Made by a program: the position numbers and the translations under genes
Notes under the pieces: generated by a model
The model's database searches: none
The model's input: only the letters and a program-made list of their open reading frames with translations
Told to the model about the DNA's origin: nothing
Source of the DNA: Neoechinorhynchus agilis
Lineage: Eukaryota; Animalia; Acanthocephala
NCBI GenBank assembly: GCA_051530055.1
Contig: CM121342.1
Coordinates: 3,905,489-3,969,488, forward strand
Length of the DNA stretch: 64,000 nucleotides
Direction: 5' to 3'
Shown: positions 21,801-33,979 of the stretch, in pieces
Numbering within the stretch: position 1 is the first letter of the stretch
Layout: every line of letters begins with the position of its first letter

Positions 21801-22885
21801 CAGCCCGACTCGATATCATAACGACTTATCAGTAAAAACGATTGATAAAATAAGTATTTTGTCTAAAAAGCGTCAAAACCCATAAAAATCTCAACAAAAA
21901 GACCCTTTGAAGATTCAAATGATGGCCGATGCACAGTAGAGCGCAGGCCCGTTGATCCAGAACAAGATATCGATTCTGAAAAGATTCAATAACGAAATCA
22001 AAGCTAACTTTTTATATATTTAAAAAAAATATTAATTAAAAACAATGAAAGTGGTCCTCGATTATCAGCCCGACTCGATATCATAACGACTTATCAGTAA
22101 AAACGATTGATAAAATAAGTATTTTGTCTAAAAAGCGTCAAAACCCATAAAAATCTCAAAAAACGACCCTTTGAAGATTCAAATGATGGCCGATGCACAG
22201 TAGAGCGCAGGCCCGTTGATCCAGAACAAGATATCGATTCTGAAAAGATTCAATAACGAAATCAAAGCTAACTTTTTATATATTTTTAAAAAATTAATTA
22301 AAAACAATGAAAGTGGTCCTCGATTATCAGCCCGACTCGATATCATAACGACTTATCAGTAAAAACGATTGATAAAATAAGTATTTTGTCTAAAAAGCGT
22401 AAAAATCCAAAAAAATCTCAACAAAAAGACCCTTTAAAGATTCAAATGATGGCCGATGAACAGTAGAGCGCAGGCCCGCTGATCCAGAACAAGATATCGA
22501 TTCTGAAAAGATTCAATAACGAAATCAAAGCTAACTTTTATATATTTTTTAAAAATATTAATTAAAAACAATGAAAGTGGTCCTCGATTATCAGCCCGAC
22601 TCGATATCATAACGACTTATCAGTAAAAACGATTGATAAAGTAGATATTTTTTCTAAAAAGCGTCAAAACCCATAAAAATCTCAAAAAACGACCCTTTGA
22701 AGATTCAAATGATGGCCGATGCACAGTAGAGCGCAGGCCCGTTGATCCAGAACAAGATATCGATTTTGCCAACCTTTGATAAGATTGGTCCATTTTGAAA
22801 GTTGACCTTGTTTCATAATCCTATCCAAATTCATTCCTGGCTTTGGAGGACCCTCAAAACCCAATGCCAAGATCGATCCAACCAA
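18848..22885 (-). CDS. OSBPL9: Oxysterol-binding protein-related protein, ORP9-like (PH plus ORD)
   Basis: LSKWTNLIKGWQNRY; WYYTSKE...RRGVVRLKNAVVGIDDDDD..FTITVENKAFHFQA; MDLTRVTLPTFILE; KKPYNPILGE; EQVSHHPP. GT-AG introns 21038-21089, 20918-20962, 20526-20787 and 19570-19808 keep the frame; the first junction is unresolved. Confidence 0.92.
21456..22765. repeat. Tandem array, ~263-bp unit, 5 copies, splitting the OSBPL9 PH domain
   Basis: gatccagaacaagatatcgatt recurs at ~21692, 21955, 22219, 22482 and 22745; this stretch encodes NRYLVLD of exon 1. Confidence 0.95.
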
Positions 22886-23619
22886 TGAAAGTCTCAGTGT
22901 TCGTTTGAGACTAAAAGTAACGAATGCGCGTGAAGAATTATTCGGATGGGATTCTTCTTCGTGGAAACGGATAAAATTAAAGATTTTGCGAATGATCGGT
23001 CAATTGCGAGTCGAGACAATTCCTTGGGGTGATAGAGACAGCCGAGGAAAGACCGAAGCTAGAAATTTTGAGGACGGTGGTGATTGCACTTTTCGTACTT
23101 TTGTCGACAGAAAAAGGAGTAATTTGCTCCAATGAACACTCAAGATTGAAAAATGAGATCTTTAAAGTCCTATTGAGGATTATAAGTTCTCCTTTTTAAA
23201 CGCGGCGCTTTGTAGCATTTATTTTCAAGTTTAAATATTGGTTTGTGTAGTGGTGATCGGAGAAAAGTCGCTGCTTTCACAGTAAAGATCTTTTCGGTGC
23301 AAATGAAGCTTTAAAAGTTGAAAACCTCTTAGAAAACAGGCAGGGGCGTAAGCTTCAGTGTAGAAACTTAGATGATTACGCGTCTTTTTTTCTAAAAAGT
23401 GAGACATCTACGATTACGCCATGAGAATTTGGGAACCAAGCGGAAAAATGGAAACTTGAAACAATTTCCTCAAAAGAAATTTCTTGAAAGTCTTGATATT
23501 CAATGTAGAAGTCCGTTAAAAAATGTCGGTTTTATGAATTGTATTGGAAAGTATTGATAAAAGCGCGAAATTCCGAATTCTCTTCCTTCTGAACGAATTT
23601 TTAGTAATTTTTTCTGAAT

Positions 23620-25295
23620 AAAATAATCATCGGTGTCGCCATTGGTACATTAGAAAAAAATTCGATTTTCAATGCAAATTCGTTTAGAAGAAACCTCCGA
23701 TTCTAAATTCTCTTCCTGGGAAACGAATTTACAATAAAAAAATTTGAGTTTTATTAAAGTTTTTGAACGGAAAAACACTTAGATTTCAAATGGACGAAAT
23801 AAAAACCAAACAAAAATCCTTTTGAATAAAATTAATAAAACCATAGAATAATCATCGGTGCCGCAATGGGTACATTAGAAAAAAATTCTATTTTCAATGC
23901 AAATTCGTTTAGAAGAAACCATTGATTCCAAATTCTCTTCCTAGGAAGCGAATTTATAATAAAAAATTTGAGTTTTATCCAAGTTTTTGAACGGAAAAAC
24001 ACTTAGATTTCAAATGGACGAAATAAAAAAGAGACAAAAATCCTTTTGAATAAAATTAATAAAACCATAGAATAATTATCGGTGTCGCCATTGGTACATT
24101 AGAAAAAAATTCGATTTTCAATGCAAATTCGTTTAGAAGAAACCTCCGATTCTAAATTCTCTTCCTGGGAAACGAATTTACAATAAAAAAATTTGAGTTT
24201 TATTAAAGTTTTTGAACGGAAAAACACTTAGATTTCAAATGGACGAAATAAAAAGGAGACAAAAATCATTTTGAATAAAATTAATAAAACCATAGAATAA
24301 TCATCGGTGCCGCAATGGGTACATTAGAAAAAAATTCGATTTTCAATGCAAATTCGTTTAGAAGAAACCATTGATTCCAAATTCTCTTCCTAGGAAGCGA
24401 ATTTATAATAAAAAATTTGAGTTTTATCCAAGTTTTTGAACGGAAAAACACTTAGATTTCAAATGGACGAAATAAAAAAGAGACAAAAATCCTTTTGAAT
24501 AAAATTAATAAAACCATAGAATAATCATCGGTGCCGCCATTGGTACATTAGAAAAAAATTCGATTTTCAATGCAAATTCGTTTAGAAGAAACCTTTGATT
24601 CCAAATTCTCTTCCTAGGAAACGAATTTAAATAAAAAATTTGAGTTTTATCAAGTTTTTGAACGGAAAAACACTTAGATTTCAAATGGACGAAATAAAAA
24701 GGAGACAAAAATCATTTTGAATAAAATTAATAAAACCATAGAATAATCATCGGTGCCACAATGGGTACATTAGAAAAAAATTCGATTTTCAATGCAAATT
24801 CGTTTAGAAGAAACCATTGATTCCAAATTCTCTTCCTAGGAAGCGAATTTATAATAAAAAATTTGAGTTTTATCCAAGTTTTTGAACGGAAAAACACTTA
24901 GATTTCAAATGGACGAAATAAAAAAGAGACAAAAATCCTTTTGAATAAAATTAATAAAACCATAGAATAATTATCGGTGTCGCCATTGGTACATTAGAAA
25001 AAATTCGATTTTCAATGCAAATTCGTTTAGAAGAAACCTCCGATTCTAAATTCTCTTCCTGGGAAACGAATTTACAATAAAAAAATTTGAGTTTTATTAA
25101 AGTTTTTGAACGGAAAAACACTTAGATTTCAAATGGACGAAATAAAAAAGAGACAAAAATCATTTTGAATAAAATTAATAAAACCATAGAATAATCATCG
25201 GTGCCACAATGGGTACATTAGAAAAAAATTCGATTTTCAATGCAAATTCGTTTTGAAGAAACCATTGATTCCAAATTCTCTTCCTAGGAAACGAA
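23620..25295. repeat. Tandem array, ~224-bp unit, ~7.5 copies, with two alternating variants
   Basis: gtacattagaaaaaa at 23645, 23870, 24094, 24319, 24543, 24765, 24989 and 25213. Confidence 0.95.
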
Positions 25296-26339
25296 TTGAT
25301 AATTGTGTTTTTTCAGAGTTTTCCCCAGTTTTGACGATAAAACCGATAAGTTTCGTTTCGATTTACCTTTCTCGTCGAGAGCGTTTAGTGGTTCTTTTGA
25401 CTCGATCAGAACTTGTGCTAATTTTTTCTTTAACTCGAACCATTACGTCCGTTGGACTTTTCATCTTTTCAATTGTATTTGCAGCGATAATGCTTATCGA
25501 TATTTTCGTGGATACGATCGCTGGATATCAGCCGAGTCTCATGTACACGCACATGGAAAAGATAAACGCTTTGGGTTGTTGCTGCACTCACGAACATGTT
25601 TTACGTACTTGTTTGCTGTGAGTTGGAGGGAAAAGTGAGTCAAGACAAAAAAATTATCAGTCTTTGCTTTCAAGAACAAAAAGACATGGAGTCGGATGAA
25701 TCGAATACTCTCAGTAAAGGTTTTTTAAACGTTGTAAAAAGTGAGAAATCGAAAATCTGATCAAAACGAATGAAACAGGTATTCTCGAATGAAATATCGG
25801 TCTTTTTCCAAATTTTTTTTATTCATTCAATGATTGATAAGTTACGTTTTGTAGAAAAACGAGCTGACAAATCTGAAGGAAAGTGTCAGGAAATATGTTT
25901 CCACTCTTTGCCTAAAAGGATTTTGACATGTCTCTTATTTAAATGAATTCATAATTACTATCTTTATCAAAATAATCTTTTTTTTGTGGATTGAGAGAGT
26001 CTTGGTGTTATTTGTGAATAGAAAAAGAGAATTGACATTGTTAAAAATAAACCTCGATTGAAGATCAAAAATGCTCAGACCTAGCACGAATTTTGTTCTC
26101 AAAAAAGAAGCTCAATTAGCCGTTAGAATAGACTTTTTTGACATTGTGTGCGGAAGCAAAAAGCACTTTAATGAGGAATACGAGCAACAAAGTAAATTTC
26201 TTTAAGTGAAGAAGTATTGTCGCAATTTAGTACATCCAATTAGTTGTTTTGTGCCATGAAATGAAATAACTGTGATAGTCCATCTTTGCAAATTGTTTTC
26301 TTGAAATGTTTTTCGTCCGATATTCTAGAAATCGTTTAT

Positions 26340-27551
26340 TATTTGTTGATAGGAGAAAATAAATGAAATTAAGATTTTATTGGATATTTCGATCCACTAT
26401 CTCGGATCTTCTTCAGCGATATATGACCGAATCCATTCATTCCTTTCACATCTCTTGCACTTATCAATTCACTAAAGATACTGTTGAACCTTTTTTGCGC
26501 TTTAATTCTCAATCGTCCTTCGATTCCGTCTTATATATAGCGAGATCTCTCAGTAATTCCTCCATCTCATGATCTATTCTACACCTTTATTGATCGGCCC
26601 CTTTACAATGCGTCTTTATGGATTATTCGTTGATAGGAGAAAATAAATGAAATTAAGATTTTATTGGATATTTCTATCCACTATCTCGGATCTTCTTCAG
26701 CGATATATGACCGAATCCATTCATTCCTTTCACATCTCTTGCGCTTATCAATTCACTAAAGATACTGTTGAACCTTTTTTGCGCTTTAATTCTCAATCGT
26801 CCTTCGATTCCGTCTTATATATAGCGAGATCTCTCAGTAATTCCTCCATCTCATGATCTATTCTACACCTTTATTGATCGGCCCCTTTACAATGCGTCTT
26901 TATGGATTATTTGTTGATAGGAGAAAATAAATGAAATTAAGATTTTATTGGATATTTCGATCCACTATCTCGGATCTTCTTCAGCGATATATGACCGAAT
27001 CCATTCATTCCTTTCACAAATCTTGCGCTTATCAATTCACTAAAGATACTGTTGAACCTTTTTTGCGCTTTAATTCTCAATCGTCCTTCGATTCCGTCTT
27101 ATATATAGCGAGATCTCTCAGTAATTCCTCCATCTCATGATCTATTCTACACCTTTATTGATCGGCCCCTTTACAATGCGTCTTTATGGATTATTTGTTG
27201 ATAGGAGAAAATAAATGAAATTAAGATTTTATTGGATATTTCGATCCACTATCTCGGATCTTCTTCAGCGATATATGACCGAATCCATTCATTCCTTTCA
27301 CAAATCTTGCGCTTATCAATTCACTAAAGATACTGTTGAACCTTTTTTGCGCTTTAATTCTCAATCGTCCTTCGATTCCGTCTTATATATAGCGAGATCT
27401 CTCAGTAATTCCTCCATCTCATGATCTATTCTACACCTTTATTGATCGGCCCCTTTACAATGCGTCTTTATGGATTATTCGTTGATAGGAGAAAATAAAT
27501 GAAATTAAGATTTTATTGGATATTTCGATCCACTATCTCGGATCTTCTTCA
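26340..27551. repeat. Tandem array, 284-bp unit, ~4.25 copies
   Basis: Near-identical ORFs start at 26363, 26647, 26931 and 27215. Confidence 0.95.
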
Positions 27552-27796
27552 TCGATTGTTAAAGTGTTTTATTCGCAACTCAAATCAATAAATTCTTCAA
27601 ATAACAATGAATTATCTTTTCAACAAATTGTTTAAGAAATTAACCGATGTAGCGTGATAGCGACCGTTGATGACAAGTCCACAATTTTATGAGCAATGTC
27701 GAATTCGTCAATTCGCAAAGAACGAAATTCAGTTATGATCTCATTTTCCCTTCACGAATCCCAGAGAAAATTTATTTGAGTTAGACTGAAGCGTGT

Positions 27797-28620
27797 TTAT
27801 TTCGTTTTCCTTTTCAGCATTCTCGTTGTTTTACTGCCATCGCCATAAATCTTCTTTGCGAATAAATTCAATAATAGTCCAATCAGATAATCGATAAAGA
27901 GGATAAACAACGACAAAAGAATAAAAAGAGGGACTTGATGGGGTTCCATCATATCGAGAAAAGGGTATGGGAATTGTCCCAACTTGTATCGTATTCCATA
28001 AATACTATAAAACAGTTAAAAACGTCAACAACAAAATCGAATGTTCAATACTCTCACATGAACGTGTATGCGATCGATATGGTCGATAGTGTGATGATCG
28101 GTGTAGTGATTGATTTCGGATAATCATGAGCTGTTGTAAGACCATGAGTGATCACCGTTACTGCTGGAAGAGTGTGAAGAAGATGGTTCACTGATGGTGG
28201 TATATGGATTGCGTGGTCACGATGAATGATGAACGATCTATCGTAAAGGAACAATGCCCAAAACATTTTAGAAACGAGCTGTCAAGAGAGATGAAGTGAT
28301 TTTGAAAAAAAATCAACTCACGATTCCGAGTGGGAAAGCGATAAGACCATGAAATCTGTCCCTAAGTTGAATTATTGCCCGTTTAGTTGACCATGTAGCC
28401 AAGATGTTCACCACTTGGAATAACGTTTGAATCCACTAAGTTCGAGGTTAAATTATGAAAAAAGAAACTTATTTCAACAAAAGAGACTTACCAAATCAAT
28501 TACTGTGAGGTACTGTAAAAGGTATATCGATGATGGACAATTGGGTGGTAGTGGATGAGAAAAAAATGCATTGGCCAAACAATCATGTATACCAAAAGAC
28601 TTTCTCACGGAATAACATTT
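27797..28620 (-). CDS. AIG1/ADTRP (FAR-17a) family membrane hydrolase; N-terminus not defined
   Basis: Spliced reading YLTVIDL|WIQTLF...LRDRFHGLIAFPLGI|LVSKMFWALFLYDR...NHLLHTLP...HDYP...AYTFI|IYG..GQFPYPFLD matches the family motifs; junctions are GT-AG. Confidence 0.85.
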
Positions 28621-28680
28621 TAGAAATATAAAAATGAATGATTTTTTTTAAAAATTGAAGCAAAATAAATTTATTATCCA

Positions 28681-30015
28681 GTGTCCTTCAGGAGATAAAA
28701 GAGAGAGGAAAAAACCCTTCGATGATAATTTGTTTAACCGAAAAAGCTAGATTTTATGAGAGATCTTTCGATAGTGAATATTTTACATTTTCTAGAAAAA
28801 TCATAACAATTTTAGAAGGCTATAATCGTGGCTCATAAAAGAAAATTGCAAAGAATTGAGGCTTTACTTCAAAAAAATTGAACAGTGTCCTTCAGGAGAT
28901 AAAAAGAGAGGAAAAAACCCTTCGATGATAATTTGTTTAACCGAAAAAGCTGGATTTTATAAGAGATCTTTCGATGGTGAATATTTTACATTTTCTAGAA
29001 AAATCATAACAATTTTAGAAGGTTATAATCGTGGCTCATAAAAGAAAATTGCAAAGAATTGAGGTTTTACTTCAAAAAAATTGAACAGTGTCCTTCGGGA
29101 GATAAAAAGAGAAAAAACCCTTCGATGATAATTTGTTTAACCGAAAAAGCTGGATTTTATGAGAGATCTTTCGATGGTGAATATTTTACATTTTCTAGAA
29201 AAATCATAACAATTTTAGAAGGCTATAATCGTGGCTCATAAAAGAAAATTGCAAAGAATTGAGGTTCAATTTAAAAAAATTGAACAGTGTCCTTCGGGAG
29301 ATAAAAAGAGAGGAAAAAACCCTTCGATGATAATTTGTTTAACCGAAAAAGCTGGATTTTATAAGAGATCTTTCGATGGTGAATATTTTACATTTTCTAG
29401 AAAAATCATAACAATTTTAGAAGGTTATAATCGTGGCTCATAAAAGAAAATTGCAAAGAATTGAGGTTTTACTTCAAAAAAATTGAACAGTGTCCTTCAG
29501 GAGATAAAAAGAGAGGAAAAAACCCTTCGATGATAATTTGTTTAACCGAAAAAGCTGGATTTTATGAGAGATCTTTCGATGGTGAATATTTTACATTTTC
29601 TAGAAAAATCATAACAATTTTAGAAGGTTATAATCGTGGCTCATAAAAGAAAATTGCAAAGAATTGAGGTTTTACTTCAAAAAAATCGAACAGTGTCCTT
29701 CGGGAGATAAAAAGAGAGGAAAAAACCCTTCGATGATAATTTGTTTAACCGAAAAAGCTGGATTTTATAAGAGATCTTTCGATGGTGAATATTTTACATT
29801 TTCTAGAAAAATCATAACAATTTTAGAAGGTTATAATCGTGGCTCATAAAAGAAAATTGCAAAGAATTAAGGTTCAATTTAAAAAAAATTGAACAGTGTC
29901 CTTCAGGAGATAAAAAGAGAGGAAAAAACCCTTCGATGATAATTTGTTTAACCGAAAAAGCTGGATTTTATGAGAGATCTTTCGATGGTGAATATTTTAC
30001 ATTTTCTAGAAAAAT
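28681..30015. repeat. Tandem array, ~203-bp unit, ~6.5 copies, just upstream of the AIG1-like gene
   Basis: gtgtccttc.ggagataaaa recurs with a 202-203 bp period (ORFs at 28856/29059 and 29461/29664). Confidence 0.95.
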
Positions 30016-30559
30016 CCCAAGTACAAAAAAGGAAATAGATTTTTCCGAGTGATCGTCGATAGGAACACAAGAAGGTAACAAGATTGATTGGCATAAATGA
30101 AACCGGCAGCAGCAATTGATGAGAATGCCGTTCTTTGAAGTTTTAATAAGAGACTCATCGAAATCGAGAATGTTGCTTTTTTCCAACAATGCTTTTATAT
30201 CGCTCGGCAGAATGAATTGCTCAACCATTCTTTCGCTTGTAAACGCGAAAAAAAGAAAAATTCGTTTCGACTATGACAACTCAACGTCGTCAGCGGTGAT
30301 TTTAAAATTGCTTGAACCTTGAACTGTTGTTCGGATGCTTGTTTGTGTCGTAAAACTTAAAAGAACTTTGGTAAATCCGATCTTTTTCAGGATGAAAGCA
30401 CCGTGGCATGCTTTTCAGACCTAAAGTCCGACGAGACGGACGAAATATTGAGATCAATAAAATAGTCTTTATTTTTTAGGTTAAACTTAAAGTTTATTGC
30501 TGAAATCATTCATACCACCGCCTTTCTGGATCTCTCAAAGTGTCGTCCTGGTGTAACGG

Positions 30560-30830
30560 TCGAAAGGATCGTCTCAATCTCTTAAACAATTTCTTGACTA
30601 GGTCCTACGCCGCGAAGAAACAAAATAAAGATTTGGACCCCTGAATTTTGCCTTTTTGCGGTCCTCAGCGAAGTGGCGAATTTCATGTTGCTGGCTGCGA
30701 GTGTGGCGTCCCGGAGAAGGCATTTGCCCCCTTCCCCACGGGAATACTGTGACATCGTCAGGTCTACGGCGGCCATCGAGTCAGCAAAGATTGCTCGGCT
30801 CCACCTGATTGCCGACAGACGCAACTGCAG
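30560..30830 (-). mobile_element. CRE-clade non-LTR retrotransposon 3' fragment (second copy)
   Basis: Reverse complement aligns with 41740-41990 (SMAAVDxTxSQYSRGE reading; PWxxGKCLxxDAT frame). Confidence 0.7.
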
Positions 30831-31160
30831 TGATGTGGCAAAATCTCAATTGGCTACGAAGCTCCCAATAATCCGATTCTTAAACATCGAAGGCACCTTC
30901 AAATCATACTAATCATTTCTAGTGAACGGATCCATCTACAGAAGCGATTGGGCGAGCGTTGAGCCAAGATTCCTATTCTCTTGTGGAGACTGCCGCCAAT
31001 CGAGTTCGGTTCACCAGGTCATGAGAATCTGAAATTAAAGAGTTATGAATTCTCGCTATTAAGAGTGAGTCCCCAAACTGATTGTTTCCGTCCATTGACG
31101 GGTACCTGCTCGCTGCCTGAATCTCCACACCAAAGATTAGGACTAATTTTAATGAATCTT

Positions 31161-31910
31161 TCAAATTTAGTGATCTTTCACTCGTGCGATTTCCGACGCC
31201 AATAATACAACTGTAGTTTACTAAACCAGTTAGTTTAGTACATCTTAACGCGCTGATTCCAAATCTGCTGATGGATTTGCGATAGCTGTCATTGTTCTTG
31301 AGTTATTTGTTGTTAAATTTTGAGACAAACTACCTTGATTATTGATATTAAAACATCAATAAATTTTAGATCAAATTAACTTTTCTAGATCTACTTTTGA
31401 TGCTGAATTCACATCCAATAACGTTTTTATGTAACTTGTTAAATTTGTACACTTAGTTTTAGGATTGAAGTTCATAAAAGACACCTGAATTAAATCTGTA
31501 GTACTCGTAAGTTGTTAGGAAATGATAAAACATTTTGAGCATATCCAATGCGCTGATTTCAATGGTGTTATCTAATTATAATGAATATTGCAAATTTAGT
31601 GATCTTTCACTCTTGTGACTATTGACCAAATATGATAATGCGATTTCCGATTCGAATATTGCAGCTGTAGTTTACTAAATCAGTTCATTTAGCACATCTT
31701 AACGCGCTGATTCCAAATCTGCTGATGGATTTGCGATAGCTATCATGGTTCTTGAGTTATTCGTTGTTAAATTTTGAGACCGATCAAATTAACTTTTCTA
31801 GGTCTACTTTTGACGCGGAATTCACGTGCAGTAACGGTTTGATGTGGCTTGTTAAATTTTTACACTTAGTTTCAAAGATTGAAGTTCATAAAAGACACCT
31901 GAATTAAATC
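31161..31910. repeat. Diverged direct duplication (~430 bp period); a fragment recurs at 60031-60078
   Basis: caaatttagtgatctttcactc...acatcttaacgcgctgattccaaatctgctgatggatttgcgatagct...gattgaagttcataaaagacacctgaattaaatc occurs twice. Confidence 0.8.
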
Positions 31911-32019
31911 CATAATGCGATTGCGCGGTTTAGATCTAATAAAACATTAGCAAGAGAATGTCGCAATTGGAAGGAGTTGAAGCCACGAGAGGAGTGATGC
32001 AACCATGTCGGTCATTATT

Positions 32020-32400
32020 GTTTCAGCCAGTTGTTATCGACACATTCAGATAATAGAAGATGGCGGGATTCCAATCGTCTTTTCTCTTCACGCACAGACA
32101 CACGTCGAGGAAAGTTATTTCTTTGTCTTGGTCTTCGTGTTTGATTGCCTGGTCTTTTTTGTTGAATAAATGCGTCATTGGAAGGAGTTTCGGGTCCGAT
32201 TTAAGCACACAGAAAAAACATCGTCAACGTATAGCCACCATTTTACCATGTGAGGAATTCTACGGGGGCCCCACATCGCCACTCCGTCAATTTGATCATA
32301 GATTTCACCGTTGAATTGAAAAGCATTCTTAGAGGTGCACAATTTGATGAGCTCGATCCACTCATTCATCGTGAGACAAGAAGTGCATTTTCAGTTTGAA
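32020..32400 (-). mobile_element. Penelope-like element reverse transcriptase fragment
   Basis: ELIKLCTSKNAFQFNGEIYDQIDGVAMG, YVDD and ITFLDV across frameshifted frames. Confidence 0.85.
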
Positions 32401-32799
32401 TGTTGGATGCCATTTCTATGAATGGTAGCAGAGGAATGTTGGTGAATAAAGAATAGGCATCAGCGGTTAGGAATCTGTGTTCGGATCGAATGAAGGAACG
32501 TCTACACGGACACAAATACGCCTTACGATGTGGTTATACTACGTCTCCACTCGTCCTCTTCACAGAAAAGAGAAAATTCCAATGACTGATAAAAGGGCAA
32601 GGGAACAAAGCAAAAGTTTCCCTCCAACTATCTGTTGTTGGCCTAAATGCACTCACGAAGGCTGGTCTTCGCCTACGGAGTTGACGATCCCGAGACAAAA
32701 CGGAAACAATCATGGGTGTGTTGTGACGAATCCCTCTGTTAATTTAGATTCAATTGACAATGGCCGATTCTTCTTCTCACTCAAGCATTTTCTCTTTCA

Positions 32800-32910
32800 A
32801 CCTTCTTTGGACGATCAACTCTGAACAGCAGCAAGTGCCGAACAACTCCCTGATGTCCCTTGAGAGTGTACCCTTCGGCCCATCTCATCCCGTTCGTTTC
32901 TAATTTCTGA
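32800..32910 (-). mobile_element. RTE-like 3' fragment, also present at 60194-60360 (+)
   Basis: attagaaacgaacg.gatgagatgggccgaa.ggtacactc...gttcggcacttgctgctgttcagagt.gatcgtccaaagaaggttg in both; the 60-kb copy continues to PRKRWLNCIK. Confidence 0.55.
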
Positions 32911-33979
32911 GGTCGTTTTGCTTGGTCGTCCAAACTTGTAAAATTGCTTTCGAAACTATTTAAATCCTATGACCAAGACGCGTTTTCCACCAAAATCCTT
33001 AGGATTTAATTTCATTGCTCAAATCAAAAATCTTGTCTTTTGCTTTTAAACGCCCTCTGAGCCACCAAAAAGCAGCATCGATCATCATTGGGCTTCGACC
33101 GTTCGTCGATACTTACTGTTTTCGAAGAAAAATTTCTAGTAAGCTTTGTACCCCGAAAACGGAATCCTTCCTTCTAACGTATCTTTCCTTCGCTACACTA
33201 AAACTTCTTCCCCTGAAACGTCGATGTCGCTTCTACGTCTTGGATCCAAGAATCTGCCTTGTAGAATTGACAAATAATCTCCTAAGTTTGAACCTCGCCA
33301 AAACAACTTTTATTGACCCATCGGTCGATACAATTCAGTTCACCAAGAAACATTTCGTTGTTTTAGAAAGATCCACGCGGCCTTTTTATGTTTTTGAATT
33401 TAGGGACGTTTAAGCGTCGGCCAATTTATTATCGAGAAAAAAATTCTTTGAAGGAAATGTGCAATATTGGAGTTGATAATAAAATATTCTTTACTCTGAT
33501 TGTCGATACTTAACGAATCGGCAATCGTGTTTATTCTTCGAGCTCTCCTTTTCGCTTACTGAGGCAATTGTAACTTTTCATGCATTTGATTTTGATAAAG
33601 GAGAACCATTCTTGGTTTTCTCACTTTACAATTTATATAACTTGGCTTGAGAAATGAATGATCGACGAACTGATCATGAAAGCGATAATAACTAAGCTTA
33701 ACCGCAAGTGTAAAAAATATCTCAATTATTGACAAATACAAAGCGTTCAATGTAAAATTTAATGCTTATTTATAGCGCCGGCACAATCTTGTGCCTTTAT
33801 TAAAGTCCAGAATCTACACGGCTCTTAAATTCAGTTTGAAGTTCGCCTTATTCCCTAGTCCACTGTTTCAAGCTAGCGAATAAATTTGGCCTCCGAGTCA
33901 CGGGGAACTGGCAATGATACCTCTCCTCAGAGCGAATATTTGTGTTCTTTGGTTATTTTTGCCAAATTATTTGTTTGCC

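Noticed and set aside
23340-23423. Tiny MITE with caggggcgtaa/ttacgccatg ends
   Set aside because: The match is short and imperfect and no target-site duplication is evident.
25303-25638. Possible exon after the 224-bp array
   Set aside because: An acceptor-like tttttcag is present, but there is no recognisable product or partner exon.
26363-29849. Repeated 69-aa and 61-aa ORFs as a peptide gene family
   Set aside because: They simply track the 284-bp and 203-bp units, some use non-ATG starts, and I see no domain or codon-level evidence.
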